From Verrucomicrobiales bacterium (lineage in GTDB: Bacteria; Verrucomicrobiota; Verrucomicrobiia; Limisphaerales; UBA1100), in contig JAYOSV010000001.1 of assembly GCA_038139415.1 (NCBI GenBank), positions 187,225-251,224 of the forward strand: DNA of 64,000 bases, given 5' to 3'. The position numbers and the translations under genes are program-made. Below are positions 19,388-29,365 of this stretch, piece by piece. How positions within the stretch are numbered: the stretch's first letter is position 1; every line of letters starts with the position of its first letter. The notes below the pieces were generated by a model. That model was not told where the DNA came from. It saw nothing but the letters and a program-made list of their open reading frames with translations, and made no database searches.

Positions 19388-19753
19388 ATGAATCGTAAAA
19401 AGGGGAACAAGGCAGTACGGTTTGGTCCTGCGCTCAAGGCGGTTTTGATTTGCGTTGTCACCTGTGGTCTCGGTTTGGGGTACGTGTGGCAGAAACAGCA
19501 GATCAATTCCCTCGGGCAGCAGATCAAGGAGAACGAAATCAAACTGGAGGAATTGCGGCGTGAAAACAAACGCCGAGGTGATAATTTGGCTTACCTGATG
19601 TCACCTCAGGAATTGGACACGCGCATGCGGCAGCTGAACCTGGACTTGATGGTGCCACGACCCGAACACATCATGGTGCTTCAGGAACAGCGGGAATCCG
19701 CCCCGCAAACGTCGTCGACCGGTACGGAACCCATCCGCACGGCCAGGCGCTAA
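19388..19753 (+). CDS. ftsL: Cell division protein FtsL-like
   Basis: Basic N-terminus, single TM, coiled coil; lies between rsmH and ftsI. Confidence 0.75.
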   Translation: MNRKKGNKAVRFGPALKAVLICVVTCGLGLGYVWQKQQINSLGQQIKENEIKLEELRRENKRRGDNLAYLMSPQELDTRMRQLNLDLMVPRPEHIMVLQEQRESAPQTSSTGTEPIRTARR

Positions 19754-19777
19754 CCCTCCTCCAGCCCGGAGAAATAC

Positions 19778-21631
19778 GTGGAAGATAACGGGAAGAGCCT
19801 GCAGCGCTCGGCCAAGCGGTGGCTTTACTGCTTTGGCGCCATCATGCTGTTGTCCTTCAGCCTGCTGGGCTATCGTCTGGTGGATCTTCAAGTGATCCGG
19901 CATGCGCAACTCAGCGATGCGGCCCGCGGCAATACGGTGCGCACTATCGTTCGCGAACCGCGGCGGGGAAATATTCTGGATGCCCGCGGCAACCTGCTGG
20001 CAACCAGTTTATTTGTCAAAACCGTCTGTGCCGATCCGGGCTTGATCGGCCCGTATGGTCCGCAATTGGCCGCCGCCTTGGCGCCGCATTTGCATTTGGA
20101 AGTGGCATGGATTGCTTCCAAGCTAGAACCGAAATTGTTTCAGGGCGATTCCGGGCAAATGCGTACGAATCGTTATGTCGTACTCAAGCGGAAAGTGCCG
20201 CGGGAGAAATGGGAGGAAATTGCGGCGGATCTGAAGAAGCTCGATCTCGGAGTGGATGAATCCGGCCTCACTCGTAAACAACGCCAGATGCTGGCCAGCG
20301 TGCGTCAGTCTATTTTTGCCGACCGTAAGGAGGATCAACTCCGTGTGTATCCCGGAAACCGACTGGCTTCTCACGTGCTTGGTTTCGTAGGTGGAACCGA
20401 TCATGACGGAAAAGAGGGCATCGAGCGGGTGTTGGATTCCCGGCTAACCGGCACCCGCGGTTGGCGGGTTACTGAAACCGATTCTCGCAAGCGTGAGGTG
20501 GTTTCACTGCGCCATCAGGACGTCGCCGCCCGCAACGGATTGAACGCCCGTCTTACCATTGACCTTGGCGTGCAGCATATCGTGGAGGCGGAACTGGATC
20601 AGGCGATGCAACGCCATCAGCCGCAGGGCATCACCGCCGTGGTGGTGCGACCGGCGACCGGTGAAATTTTGGCGATGGCCAACCGACCGGATTTTGATCC
20701 CAACCGGCCCGGTGAATTCCCCGCCGCCAATCGCCGGAATCGGGCCGTGACCGATACGGCCGAGCCTGGCTCCACCTTCAAGGCCGTGACCGTTGCCGGC
20801 GCCATCAACGAACGTTTGGTTTCACTGGAGAGCCGGTTCGATTGCGAGAACGGCATCTTTTATCATGGCGGCCGGCCGCTGCGGGACCATCACCCTTATA
20901 GGCGGCTGAGCGTGAAGGAGATCATTACCAAATCCTCCAACATCGGTTCCGCTAAGGTGGCCATGATGTTGGGCCAAAGCCACCTGCATCATTACATCCG
21001 GCGATTTGGGTTTGGGGAACGCACACGCGTGAGTCTGCCCGGCGAGGTATCCGGCACCGTGCATCCCTTGAAACGCTGGAACAAACTCTCCATCACCCGC
21101 GTGCCCATGGGGCATGAAGTGGCCACCACCCCCATCCAAATGGCCATGATGGCAAGTGCTATTGCCAATGGCGGAAAACTGATGCGGCCCATGCTTATGC
21201 GGCAGTTGGAAGATGAGGCCGGCCGGGTGGTGGTGCAATATCACCCCGAAGCCGTGCGACAGGTGGTGACCCCGGAAACAGCCCGGCGCGTGACCGAGGC
21301 ATTGAAGACTGTGGTGGAGCCGGGCGGCACGGCTCGCCGTGCGGCGTTGGAGTATTATAGTGTGGCCGGGAAAACCGGCACGGCGCAAAAAGCGGGGCGC
21401 GGCGGATACATCCCCGGCAAATATTATTCGTCATTCGTGGGGTTTTTTCCTGCCGACCAGCCCGCATTGTGTATATATGTGGCGCTCGATGAACCGACCG
21501 GGGACTACTACGGAGGCCTTACCGCTGCTCCAATCTTCAAGGCGATCGCGGAGCGGTCGGCCAGTTATCTTGGTGTCAAACCGGATCTGGTCGAGCAAGG
21601 CTCCATGGTATCCAACAGCGAAGGGCCATAA
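19778..21631 (+). CDS. ftsI: Penicillin-binding protein 3 (transpeptidase)
   Basis: RGNILD, EPGSTFK (SxxK), SSN and KTGTAQK. Confidence 0.93.
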   Translation: MEDNGKSLQRSAKRWLYCFGAIMLLSFSLLGYRLVDLQVIRHAQLSDAARGNTVRTIVREPRRGNILDARGNLLATSLFVKTVCADPGLIGPYGPQLAAALAPHLHLEVAWIASKLEPKLFQGDSGQMRTNRYVVLKRKVPREKWEEIAADLKKLDLGVDESGLTRKQRQMLASVRQSIFADRKEDQLRVYPGNRLASHVLGFVGGTDHDGKEGIERVLDSRLTGTRGWRVTETDSRKREVVSLRHQDVAARNGLNARLTIDLGVQHIVEAELDQAMQRHQPQGITAVVVRPATGEILAMANRPDFDPNRPGEFPAANRRNRAVTDTAEPGSTFKAVTVAGAINERLVSLESRFDCENGIFYHGGRPLRDHHPYRRLSVKEIITKSSNIGSAKVAMMLGQSHLHHYIRRFGFGERTRVSLPGEVSGTVHPLKRWNKLSITRVPMGHEVATTPIQMAMMASAIANGGKLMRPMLMRQLEDEAGRVVVQYHPEAVRQVVTPETARRVTEALKTVVEPGGTARRAALEYYSVAGKTGTAQKAGRGGYIPGKYYSSFVGFFPADQPALCIYVALDEPTGDYYGGLTAAPIFKAIAERSASYLGVKPDLVEQGSMVSNSEGP

Positions 21632-21634
21632 ACC

Positions 21635-23083
21635 GTGAAATTAGCGGCACTGTTGGAGACTTTGTCGGAGGTGCAAACCACCGGCAATCTACCTGAATCC
21701 ATCAAGGCTCTGGAATATGACTCGCGCCGAGTCGCGCCCGGTTCTCTTTTTATTGCGCTTCGCGGGGCGAAAGTGGACGGGCACCAGTTCGCCGCCCAAG
21801 CCGCCCAGCGCGGAGCTGTGGCCGTGGTGGCCGAGGAATCGCTGGTCTTGCCTGATACCTGTGCACTTTTGCGCGTGCCCAATAGCCGCGAGGCAATGGC
21901 AGATTTGGCGTCCGCATTTTACGGTCAACCGACTCGCCAACTAAAACTATTGGGCGTGACCGGCACCAACGGGAAAACATCCGTGGCGTTTCTGCTACGT
22001 CATCTTTTGGCGGCCTCCGGGAATCGTTGCGGCATGATTGGCACCGTTGAATACGATCTGGGTGAGCGCGTCGTGCCCGCTTCGCGAACGACTCCTGAAT
22101 CGCTCGAGCTGCAGGCGTACTTGGCGGCCATGCGTGATGCCGGTTGCGAAATGGCCGTCATGGAGGTGAGCTCTCACGCTCTGCTGCAACATCGGGTGCG
22201 CCGATTAGATTTTACCGTCGTCGGCTTCACCAACCTGACGCAGGATCACCTCGATTATCACGGCGACATGGAGCAGTACTTTGCGGCCAAACGTCGGTTA
22301 TTTGCTGATCACAATTTCGGCACGGCCGTGGTGAATACGGAGGATTCTCACGGTCAACGTTTGGCTGAGGAATTTGCGGCCCAAACCGTGGGCGAAATAC
22401 CAACGGCTGATCTTTCCATTGAGGTCATCGAGCTGGCGCAAGCGCAGTCTCGTTTTCGCGTGGATGGCGTCAACTTTACCATGCCTTTGATCGGCCGTCA
22501 TAACGTTTCCAATGCCGCCTTGGCCTTGGGGATGGTCCGGGCGTTGGGCGTGAATCTGGAGGATTGCGTGAAGCCGCTGGCTTCGGCGGCCCCTGTGCCC
22601 GGCCGGCTGGAGCCGATTGAGGAAGATCAACTGTTTGCGGTATACGTCGATTACGCCCACACTGATGATGCCTTGCGTCAGGTGTTATCTACACTGCGCG
22701 AGATTACCCCGGGCCAATTGCGGGTCGTGTTTGGATGCGGTGGAAACCGGGATGTGGGGAAGCGGCAAAAGATGGGCGCGGTGGCCGCCACGTTGGCCGA
22801 TGCGGTGATGATTACCACGGACAACCCGCGCCGCGAGGACCCGGCGGCGATTGCAGATCAAATTGCCGAGGGTTGTGCTTCCGTAGAAGGTGCCGGCTGG
22901 CAGATTGAGTTGGATAGGGAACGTGCCATTGACGAAGCATTGCGGGCGGCGGCTCCGGGCGACACGGTGTTGCTAGCCGGCAAAGGGCACGAAACCTATC
23001 AGGAGATCCATGATCTGGTGCAACCGTTTGATGACCGCGCCATGGCACGATCCATTTTGACAACCCTTAAAGAGACGCGTTGA
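21635..23083 (+). CDS. murE: UDP-MurNAc-dipeptide:meso-DAP ligase
   Basis: TGTNGKTS, EVSSH and DYAHT; DNPR motif indicates meso-DAP. Confidence 0.96.
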   Translation: MKLAALLETLSEVQTTGNLPESIKALEYDSRRVAPGSLFIALRGAKVDGHQFAAQAAQRGAVAVVAEESLVLPDTCALLRVPNSREAMADLASAFYGQPTRQLKLLGVTGTNGKTSVAFLLRHLLAASGNRCGMIGTVEYDLGERVVPASRTTPESLELQAYLAAMRDAGCEMAVMEVSSHALLQHRVRRLDFTVVGFTNLTQDHLDYHGDMEQYFAAKRRLFADHNFGTAVVNTEDSHGQRLAEEFAAQTVGEIPTADLSIEVIELAQAQSRFRVDGVNFTMPLIGRHNVSNAALALGMVRALGVNLEDCVKPLASAAPVPGRLEPIEEDQLFAVYVDYAHTDDALRQVLSTLREITPGQLRVVFGCGGNRDVGKRQKMGAVAATLADAVMITTDNPRREDPAAIADQIAEGCASVEGAGWQIELDRERAIDEALRAAAPGDTVLLAGKGHETYQEIHDLVQPFDDRAMARSILTTLKETR

Positions 23084-24432
23084 TGGAGCGGTCATTACAA
23101 TTTTTGCTCGAGGCGTGTTCGGGGGAAAGTGTAGGCATCGAACCGGCGCAGTTTTATCAGCGGGTTTGCACCGATACCCGCGCGGTGCAACCTGGCGATT
23201 TGTTTATTGCGCTGCGCGGCGAACGCTTCAATGGCAATGCCTATGCGGCAGAGGCACTTCAATCGGGGGCGGTGGCGGCGGTGGTGGATGAGCCGGTGGA
23301 CGCAGCCTCGGTTTTGCGCGTGGCGGATGCCCGCGTGGCGTATGGTCAGTTGGCTGCTGCTCATCGGCGGGAGTTCGAGTTACCGGTGTTCGGCGTGGCG
23401 GGATCCAACGGCAAAACTTCCACCAAAGATATGTTGGCCTCCGTGCTGGGGGCTGAACGCAACGTGCTGCGCAGTGAGGCCAGTTTTAACAACGACGTGG
23501 GGGTGCCCGCGACCTTACTGAAGCTTGGCCCGAAACATGAGGCTGCGGTGGTGGAACTGGGCACCAATCATCCCGGTGAACTGGCGCCCTTGATGCAGAT
23601 GACGGCGCCGGATTATGGGGTGCTCACGGGGATTGGTCGCGAGCATTTGGAGTTTTTCGGTGACCTGCAAGGCGTGGCACAAGAGGAAGGGATGGTGGCG
23701 GAGTTGTTGCCGTCTCGTGGAAAACTTTTCCTGTATGGCGATGGAGATTGGGTTAATCCAATGTGTCAACGTACCCAGGCTCACGTCATTCGCGTGGGCT
23801 TTGAAGCGGCTAATGATTGGCAGGTGAAGACCGTGCAGGTTGAAGAGAGCGGGACTCACTTTTCAATTCGGGCAGCTGAAGACTTGTGGAGCGGGGATTA
23901 TTTTACTCCGCTCATTGGGCGCCATCAGGCCAGCAATGCCGCCTTGGCGCTGGCGGCTGGAGCATCGCTGGGCATGGATCGAGAGGCCATGGCTCGGGGA
24001 TTGGCGGCCAGTTCGCAGCCGAGACAGCGATTGCAATGGGCCGAGAGCGGCGGAGTGCGTTGGCTGAATGATGCCTACAATGCTAACGCGGATTCAGTCC
24101 GAGCCTCGTTGGAAACACTGGGTGCCTTGAAAACGGCCGGCCGCCGGTTTGTGGTGTTTGGTGAGATGGCTGAACTGGGGGAGCACTCCGAGGACGCGCA
24201 CCGGGAGGCTGGCGAATTGGCGGCCTCTGTGGCAGCAGGTTTGGTTGCGATTGGTCAATGGGCTGAAGTTACCGCCGAAACGGCACGAGCGGCGGGGTTG
24301 AAGAGAGTTGAAGCCGTGTCGGATGCTCAAGGCGCTGCGAATGTGTTGCGAGAGTGGGTGCAGCCGAAGGATGTGGTGTTATTGAAGGCTTCGCGAGCGG
24401 CGAAGCTTGAACAGATTATGGATTTATATTAG
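23080..24432 (+). CDS. murF: UDP-MurNAc-tripeptide:D-Ala-D-Ala ligase
   Basis: AGSNGKTSTKD, SFNNDVGVP, NDAYNAN and LKASR. Confidence 0.96.
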   Translation: MMERSLQFLLEACSGESVGIEPAQFYQRVCTDTRAVQPGDLFIALRGERFNGNAYAAEALQSGAVAAVVDEPVDAASVLRVADARVAYGQLAAAHRREFELPVFGVAGSNGKTSTKDMLASVLGAERNVLRSEASFNNDVGVPATLLKLGPKHEAAVVELGTNHPGELAPLMQMTAPDYGVLTGIGREHLEFFGDLQGVAQEEGMVAELLPSRGKLFLYGDGDWVNPMCQRTQAHVIRVGFEAANDWQVKTVQVEESGTHFSIRAAEDLWSGDYFTPLIGRHQASNAALALAAGASLGMDREAMARGLAASSQPRQRLQWAESGGVRWLNDAYNANADSVRASLETLGALKTAGRRFVVFGEMAELGEHSEDAHREAGELAASVAAGLVAIGQWAEVTAETARAAGLKRVEAVSDAQGAANVLREWVQPKDVVLLKASRAAKLEQIMDLY

Positions 24433-24454
24433 CCCGCTAATACGGGTTGGGAGG

Positions 24455-25633
24455 ATGTTTTATTATTTGAGTCAACTGCCGGAATGGCTGATGCACAATG
24501 GGCACAGTCAATGGGGGGATTGGCTCTCGCCACTGAACGTCTTTCAGTACTCCACCTTTCGCAGCGCTGGGGCGGCGGTGACGGCACTGCTGATTTGCTG
24601 GTGGCTGGGGCCGCGAGTCATTCGTTGGCTGCAATATTTGGCAAACCAGGAGTACGAGGACATGGCGCGCGAAGGCGGCGGGATATCCGACGGGGTCAGT
24701 AAAAAAAACGTACCGACCATGGGCGGGTTGCTGATTGTGGCGGCGGTTGATCTTTCGGCCCTGATGTGGGCGCAATGGAACCCATTGGTGACGCTCACGC
24801 TGCTTTCGATGCTGGCTCTATGTTTGCTGGGTTTTTACGATGATTACTCGAAGGTGACGCAGCAAAGTCGTGAGGCCGGATTGTCCGAGGGCGTCAAGTT
24901 GGTGGGGCAGATTTTTCTCGCGGTGTTCATTGCCGTGTACCTGTGGCGATTGGATGACACTCGGGAATTGATCACGGCAGTGATGGTGCCGTTTTTCAAG
25001 GATCCAGTTCTGGAGGGGCCTTCCCACACCATGGTGTGGTCGGTGGCGGCAGTGATGGGGTTATTCATCACCGTCTCCGCGATTGTCGGCAGCTCAAACG
25101 CGGTGAACCTGACCGATGGGCTGGATGGATTGGCGATTGGCTGCACGTTGATCGTTTCCTTTGTGTTTTACATTTTTACATACATTGCCGGTAACGCGGC
25201 GATTGCGAGTGAACTGTATGTGCCTCATGTGCGCGGAGCGGTAGAGTTATCGGTCATTTGTGCGGCAGTGATCGGGGCAGGATTGGGGTTCCTGTGGTTC
25301 AACTGTCATCCGGCCAAGGTGTTCATGGGCGACACGGGGTCGCTGGCGTTAGGGGGCTCGTTGGGCATCATGGCCGTGCTGATCCATCAGCCTTTTGTCT
25401 TGGTGATTGCCGGCGGGGTGTTTGTGTTGGAGGCGCTCAGCGTGATGTTGCAACGGGGATGGTTTAAATGGACGCGACTGCGCACGGGCGAGGGACGGCG
25501 AATTTTCTTAATGGCGCCATTGCACCATCACTTCCAGAAAAAGGGCTGGCACGAAAACCAGGTGGTGATGCGCTTTTACATCCTAGGCATTCTGTTTGCC
25601 GTGCTGGCCTTGGCAACCCTGAAGTTGCGCTAG
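24455..25633 (+). CDS. mraY: Phospho-MurNAc-pentapeptide transferase
   Basis: PTMGG, GFYDDY, NLTDGLDGLA, FMGDTGS and MAPLHHHF. Confidence 0.97.
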   Translation: MFYYLSQLPEWLMHNGHSQWGDWLSPLNVFQYSTFRSAGAAVTALLICWWLGPRVIRWLQYLANQEYEDMAREGGGISDGVSKKNVPTMGGLLIVAAVDLSALMWAQWNPLVTLTLLSMLALCLLGFYDDYSKVTQQSREAGLSEGVKLVGQIFLAVFIAVYLWRLDDTRELITAVMVPFFKDPVLEGPSHTMVWSVAAVMGLFITVSAIVGSSNAVNLTDGLDGLAIGCTLIVSFVFYIFTYIAGNAAIASELYVPHVRGAVELSVICAAVIGAGLGFLWFNCHPAKVFMGDTGSLALGGSLGIMAVLIHQPFVLVIAGGVFVLEALSVMLQRGWFKWTRLRTGEGRRIFLMAPLHHHFQKKGWHENQVVMRFYILGILFAVLALATLKLR

Positions 25634-25634
25634 A

Positions 25635-27017
25635 ATGAAACTGGGGCCGGACAAGGCGGTGTGCGTTCTGGGACTCGGTCGAAGCGGGAAGGCGGCTGTG
25701 GAATGGCTGCAAACTACCGGCGCTAAGGTGACCGCCGTGGATGGCCGCGCCACGCCGGAACTTCAGGGATGGGCGGATCAATTGCCAGCGGATTTCGATT
25801 GCCGTTTGGGAGAACGGACGGTGTTGACCGATCGGTTTGACTTGACCGTGGTGAGCCCAGGTGTGCCTTTGGATCAACCACAGGTAGTGAGCTTGCGCGC
25901 CCGCGGTGTGCCCGTGTGGGGTGAGCTGGAGTTGGGCTGGAGCGCAGCACAGTGTCCGGCCATTGCGATTACGGGGACCAATGGAAAGACGACCACGACT
26001 GAATGGGTGACGCAGCTGCTGAGCGAGACGGGCCGCCAAGTTTTGTCCGCCGGAAATATCGGCCGACCGTTATGCGAAGTGTTGCCGAAAACGAGCAAGC
26101 TGGATGCCGTTGTGCTTGAGGTCAGTTCGTTTCAGTTGGAGGCAATTGAATCCTTTCGCGCGAGTGTGGGCGTGCTGTTGAACTTGGCTGAGGATCATTT
26201 GGATCGTCATGGATCCATGGAAAACTATGTTCGCGCCAAGGCGCGTATCTTCGAAAATCAAAAGCCCTTCGATTGGGCGATTATGCAGTTTGAGGCGTTG
26301 AAACAATTGCAGGCACTGGGCGTGATCGTGCCGGGGAAAGTCATTACCTTCAGCGCCCGCACGCACTCTGCGGATGTGTATCTGGAAGGTAATCGGATCA
26401 TCAGTCGGTTGCCGGGAGAGGAAGGTTCTGTGCTGGATTTGGCTGAATGTGCGCTGGAGGGGCTGCACAACGCCGAAAACCTTATGGCCGCGTGGTTGGT
26501 GGGGCGCGCTATGAAGCTGTTGCCGTCCGAGATGATACCGGTCCTGCAAACACTCCGCACCGGCGAGCACCGTTGTGAGATGGTGGCGGAATGGGAGGGG
26601 GTGCGGTTTTACAACGATTCGAAAGCAACCAATGTACATGCGCTGGAAAGTGCGCTGCGATCGATGCCGTTTGCCGAGGCAGCAGGCCGGAATGTTTGGC
26701 TCATTGCCGGGGGGCAGGGCAAGGGGATGGATTATCAGGCGGCCGCGGCGGCAGTTGAGAAACGGGTTAAGGGAGCTTGGTTAATCGGGGCTTCGGCCGG
26801 CGAAATTCAATCGGCCTGGAGTCCTTTTGCGCCTTGCAATTTGGCAGCGGATTTGATAGAAGCAGTAGCTGAAGCAGGGAGGAATGCTGCCCCGGGAGAT
26901 GTCGTGTTGCTGTCGCCGGCTTGTGCCAGTTTTGACATGTTCGACAGCTACCAGCATCGAGGAGACCAGTTCCGCGCCGTCGTGATGGAATGGGTCGAAT
27001 CGAGGCAAGGCGATTGA
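25635..27017 (+). CDS. murD: UDP-MurNAc-L-Ala:D-Glu ligase
   Basis: ITGTNGKTTT, EVSSFQL, DHLDRH, NDSKATN and LSPACASFD. Confidence 0.96.
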   Translation: MKLGPDKAVCVLGLGRSGKAAVEWLQTTGAKVTAVDGRATPELQGWADQLPADFDCRLGERTVLTDRFDLTVVSPGVPLDQPQVVSLRARGVPVWGELELGWSAAQCPAIAITGTNGKTTTTEWVTQLLSETGRQVLSAGNIGRPLCEVLPKTSKLDAVVLEVSSFQLEAIESFRASVGVLLNLAEDHLDRHGSMENYVRAKARIFENQKPFDWAIMQFEALKQLQALGVIVPGKVITFSARTHSADVYLEGNRIISRLPGEEGSVLDLAECALEGLHNAENLMAAWLVGRAMKLLPSEMIPVLQTLRTGEHRCEMVAEWEGVRFYNDSKATNVHALESALRSMPFAEAAGRNVWLIAGGQGKGMDYQAAAAAVEKRVKGAWLIGASAGEIQSAWSPFAPCNLAADLIEAVAEAGRNAAPGDVVLLSPACASFDMFDSYQHRGDQFRAVVMEWVESRQGD

Positions 27018-27197
27018 ACGCCAAAGATCCTTGGGGCAACCAAGTCAGCGTGTGTGATATTCACATGTTGTTGGCAAGTTTAGCACATTCGGTTTTACGC
27101 GTTCCCACTGCTCCATTATCAATGCGTGTCGCCTTGTTGGGCGCCACATAAAGGAGGAAGCCCAAAAGGGTTTCACACAACAAAGGAGGGTGTGGCA

Positions 27198-28124
27198 ATG
27201 AAAGGTAGTAATCCAATTATTCCACCGGGTGCCCAGTTTGATGGGGCTCGGCGCGGGCGTTCCAATATGCGAATGGCTGTGGTCGTTGTGGTGCTCATGC
27301 ACATGGCGTTGTTTGCCGGTATTTTATTTAATGCCTGTAAACAAAAAGACGAGGGCGAAGCTCAAAAAGAAACCGAGCAGGAAATGGCCGGCATCGTGAA
27401 CCGGCAGCCCGAACCGGCGCCCTTGCCTGAACCTTTGACTCCGGATCCTTTGCCGACCTTGCCGGCCCTGCCGAATGCGGGTTCCACACTGCCGCCATTG
27501 CCCACTGAAGGCAGTGCAGGCGTGCCGCCATTGCCTTTGCCAAGCACACCGGCGGTTCCCTTGCCATTGGCTCCGGCTCCATCTATTCCCAGTCCGGCTC
27601 TACCAGCTCCGGCTGTTGGCGGTTCGGAATATGTAATCGCCAGCGGAGACAACTTCTGGACCATTGGTCGCAAATTTGGCGTGAGCGCCAAGCAGATTGA
27701 ACAGGCGAACCCCAGCGTGGTGCCGACTCGGATGAAAATCGGTCAAAAAATTAATATCCCAGCGCCAGCACCGGTGGCCGCTCCGGCGCCCGCGGCGGCT
27801 CCAGTGGTGGATGATGGTAGCACGTACACGGTGAAATCCGGTGACACGCTGGGTCACATCGCCCTCCAGCATAAGGTGAAGATTGCGGAACTTAAGGCGT
27901 TGAACGGCTTGAGTACGGATCTGATTCGGATCGGGCAAAAACTCAAGCTGCCCGCCGCGGCCCTGCCAGCGGGGCCGACTACGGGCGTGGATTTCCCGGG
28001 AGCCATTCCGCCATCCTTGCCGCTACTACCTTCCACCTCCGGGTTGGGGCCAGCAGTCAACCCGGAAGATGGTCTGCCGGTGGGTACTGGTGGACCCGTA
28101 CCAGCCCCTGTGCCGGGCTTGTAA
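27198..28124 (+). CDS. Membrane-anchored or lipoprotein with two LysM domains and Pro-rich linkers
   Basis: AAAGGAGG 8 nt before ATG; hydrophobic segment ending LFNAC; LysM repeats YVIASGDNFWTIG..GQKINIP and YTVKSGDTLGHIA..GQKLKLP. Confidence 0.88.
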   Translation: MKGSNPIIPPGAQFDGARRGRSNMRMAVVVVVLMHMALFAGILFNACKQKDEGEAQKETEQEMAGIVNRQPEPAPLPEPLTPDPLPTLPALPNAGSTLPPLPTEGSAGVPPLPLPSTPAVPLPLAPAPSIPSPALPAPAVGGSEYVIASGDNFWTIGRKFGVSAKQIEQANPSVVPTRMKIGQKINIPAPAPVAAPAPAAAPVVDDGSTYTVKSGDTLGHIALQHKVKIAELKALNGLSTDLIRIGQKLKLPAAALPAGPTTGVDFPGAIPPSLPLLPSTSGLGPAVNPEDGLPVGTGGPVPAPVPGL

Positions 28125-28137
28125 TTTCAGCGAAACG

Positions 28138-28170
28138 GATTGGGCGTGGATTTCCGCGTCCAATCTTTTT
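28138..28170 (+). terminator. Intrinsic terminator after the LysM gene
   Basis: 12-bp stem GATTGGGCGTGG-attt-CCGCGTCCAATC (two G-U pairs) followed by T5. Confidence 0.6.
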
Positions 28171-28190
28171 GGTTTTCCGCAGACCGGGTC

Positions 28191-29360
28191 ATGCGATACG
28201 CCACCAACATTCTGGCCATCTGTGTAGCAAGCCTGTTGGCGTTGGGGATTGTGATGCTCTACAGCGCGGGTATGGCGCAAAGTGGCGCGCGCTTTCTCAG
28301 CATGCAATTAGTGTGGGGTGGGCTTGGGTTGATCGCCTGTTTCGCTGCCACGGTGATGGATTATCGGGCATTAAAAAAAATCGCCTTTCCGCTGTTTATA
28401 TTCACGCTCATCCTGCTGGCGCTCGTGCTAATTCCGGGGATCGGGCTCAAGCTCAATGGAGCCCGGCGATGGTTTGATTTAGGCCCAATGAATTTTCAGC
28501 CTTCGGAATTGGCTAAGATTACCCTGTTGATGGCGCTTGCGCTCTGGGGAGAACGCCATGTGGTCCGGATGCGGGAGTTCAAGTATGGCTTGGCAATTCC
28601 GGGTGCGGCCATTGCGGTGACATTGGGCTTGATCTTTTGCGAGCCAGACTTTGGTACGACCATGTTGTTAGCGACGGTGTGTTGCATCCTCCTGTTTGTG
28701 GCGGGGGCCAACTGGAAATATATAGTTCCGCCAATGCTCGCTGGGGCGGTTGCCATCACGTTGGCGATTATGAACGACCCGGTGCGCAGTAATCGAATCA
28801 TGGCGTTTTTGCATCCGGAACAACACCGTGAAGGAACGGGGTTTCAGGCATACCAAGCCATGTTGGCCCTGGGGTCAGGCGGAACGACTGGATTGGGGTT
28901 GGGCAACGGCAGGCAGAAACTTGGGTTTGTGCCGGAGCATCACACTGACTTTATTTTCTCTGTGATCGGAGAGGAGCTCGGGGTGATCGCCAGTCTTGGG
29001 GTGGTGCTGGCGTTTATGGCGATCGTGGTGTGCGGGTTGTATATCGCATGGAATGCGCGGGACCGATTCGGTATGATTCTCGGCACGGGTATCACCTTTC
29101 TGATCGGATTGCAGGCGTTCATTAATATCGGGGTGGTAACCAGTGCTTTGCCGAACAAGGGATTGCCGCTGCCGTTCATTAGTTATGGCGGATCGAGTTT
29201 GGTAATGATGCTTGGGAGTGTGGGGATCCTGCTGAGTATTGCGAGCTACTCTCGCACGGACCCATCAGAAACCGACGCGCCGGTCTCGCCGGATGAAGCT
29301 GACTGGGGCGACTCCGATTTAGTGCCTGAACAGCGGGAGCTGCTGCCGGATTCCACCTGA
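28191..29360 (+). CDS. ftsW: SEDS peptidoglycan polymerase FtsW
   Basis: NGARRW, FQPSELAK, EPDFGT, HTDFIFSVIGEELG and LPFISYGGSS. Confidence 0.96.
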   Translation: MRYATNILAICVASLLALGIVMLYSAGMAQSGARFLSMQLVWGGLGLIACFAATVMDYRALKKIAFPLFIFTLILLALVLIPGIGLKLNGARRWFDLGPMNFQPSELAKITLLMALALWGERHVVRMREFKYGLAIPGAAIAVTLGLIFCEPDFGTTMLLATVCCILLFVAGANWKYIVPPMLAGAVAITLAIMNDPVRSNRIMAFLHPEQHREGTGFQAYQAMLALGSGGTTGLGLGNGRQKLGFVPEHHTDFIFSVIGEELGVIASLGVVLAFMAIVVCGLYIAWNARDRFGMILGTGITFLIGLQAFINIGVVTSALPNKGLPLPFISYGGSSLVMMLGSVGILLSIASYSRTDPSETDAPVSPDEADWGDSDLVPEQRELLPDST

Positions 29361-29365
29361 CCCTG

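Noticed and set aside
27400..27620. CCG/CCT-rich repeats in the LysM gene
   Set aside because: Pro-rich linker coding, with no regular repeat-spacer structure
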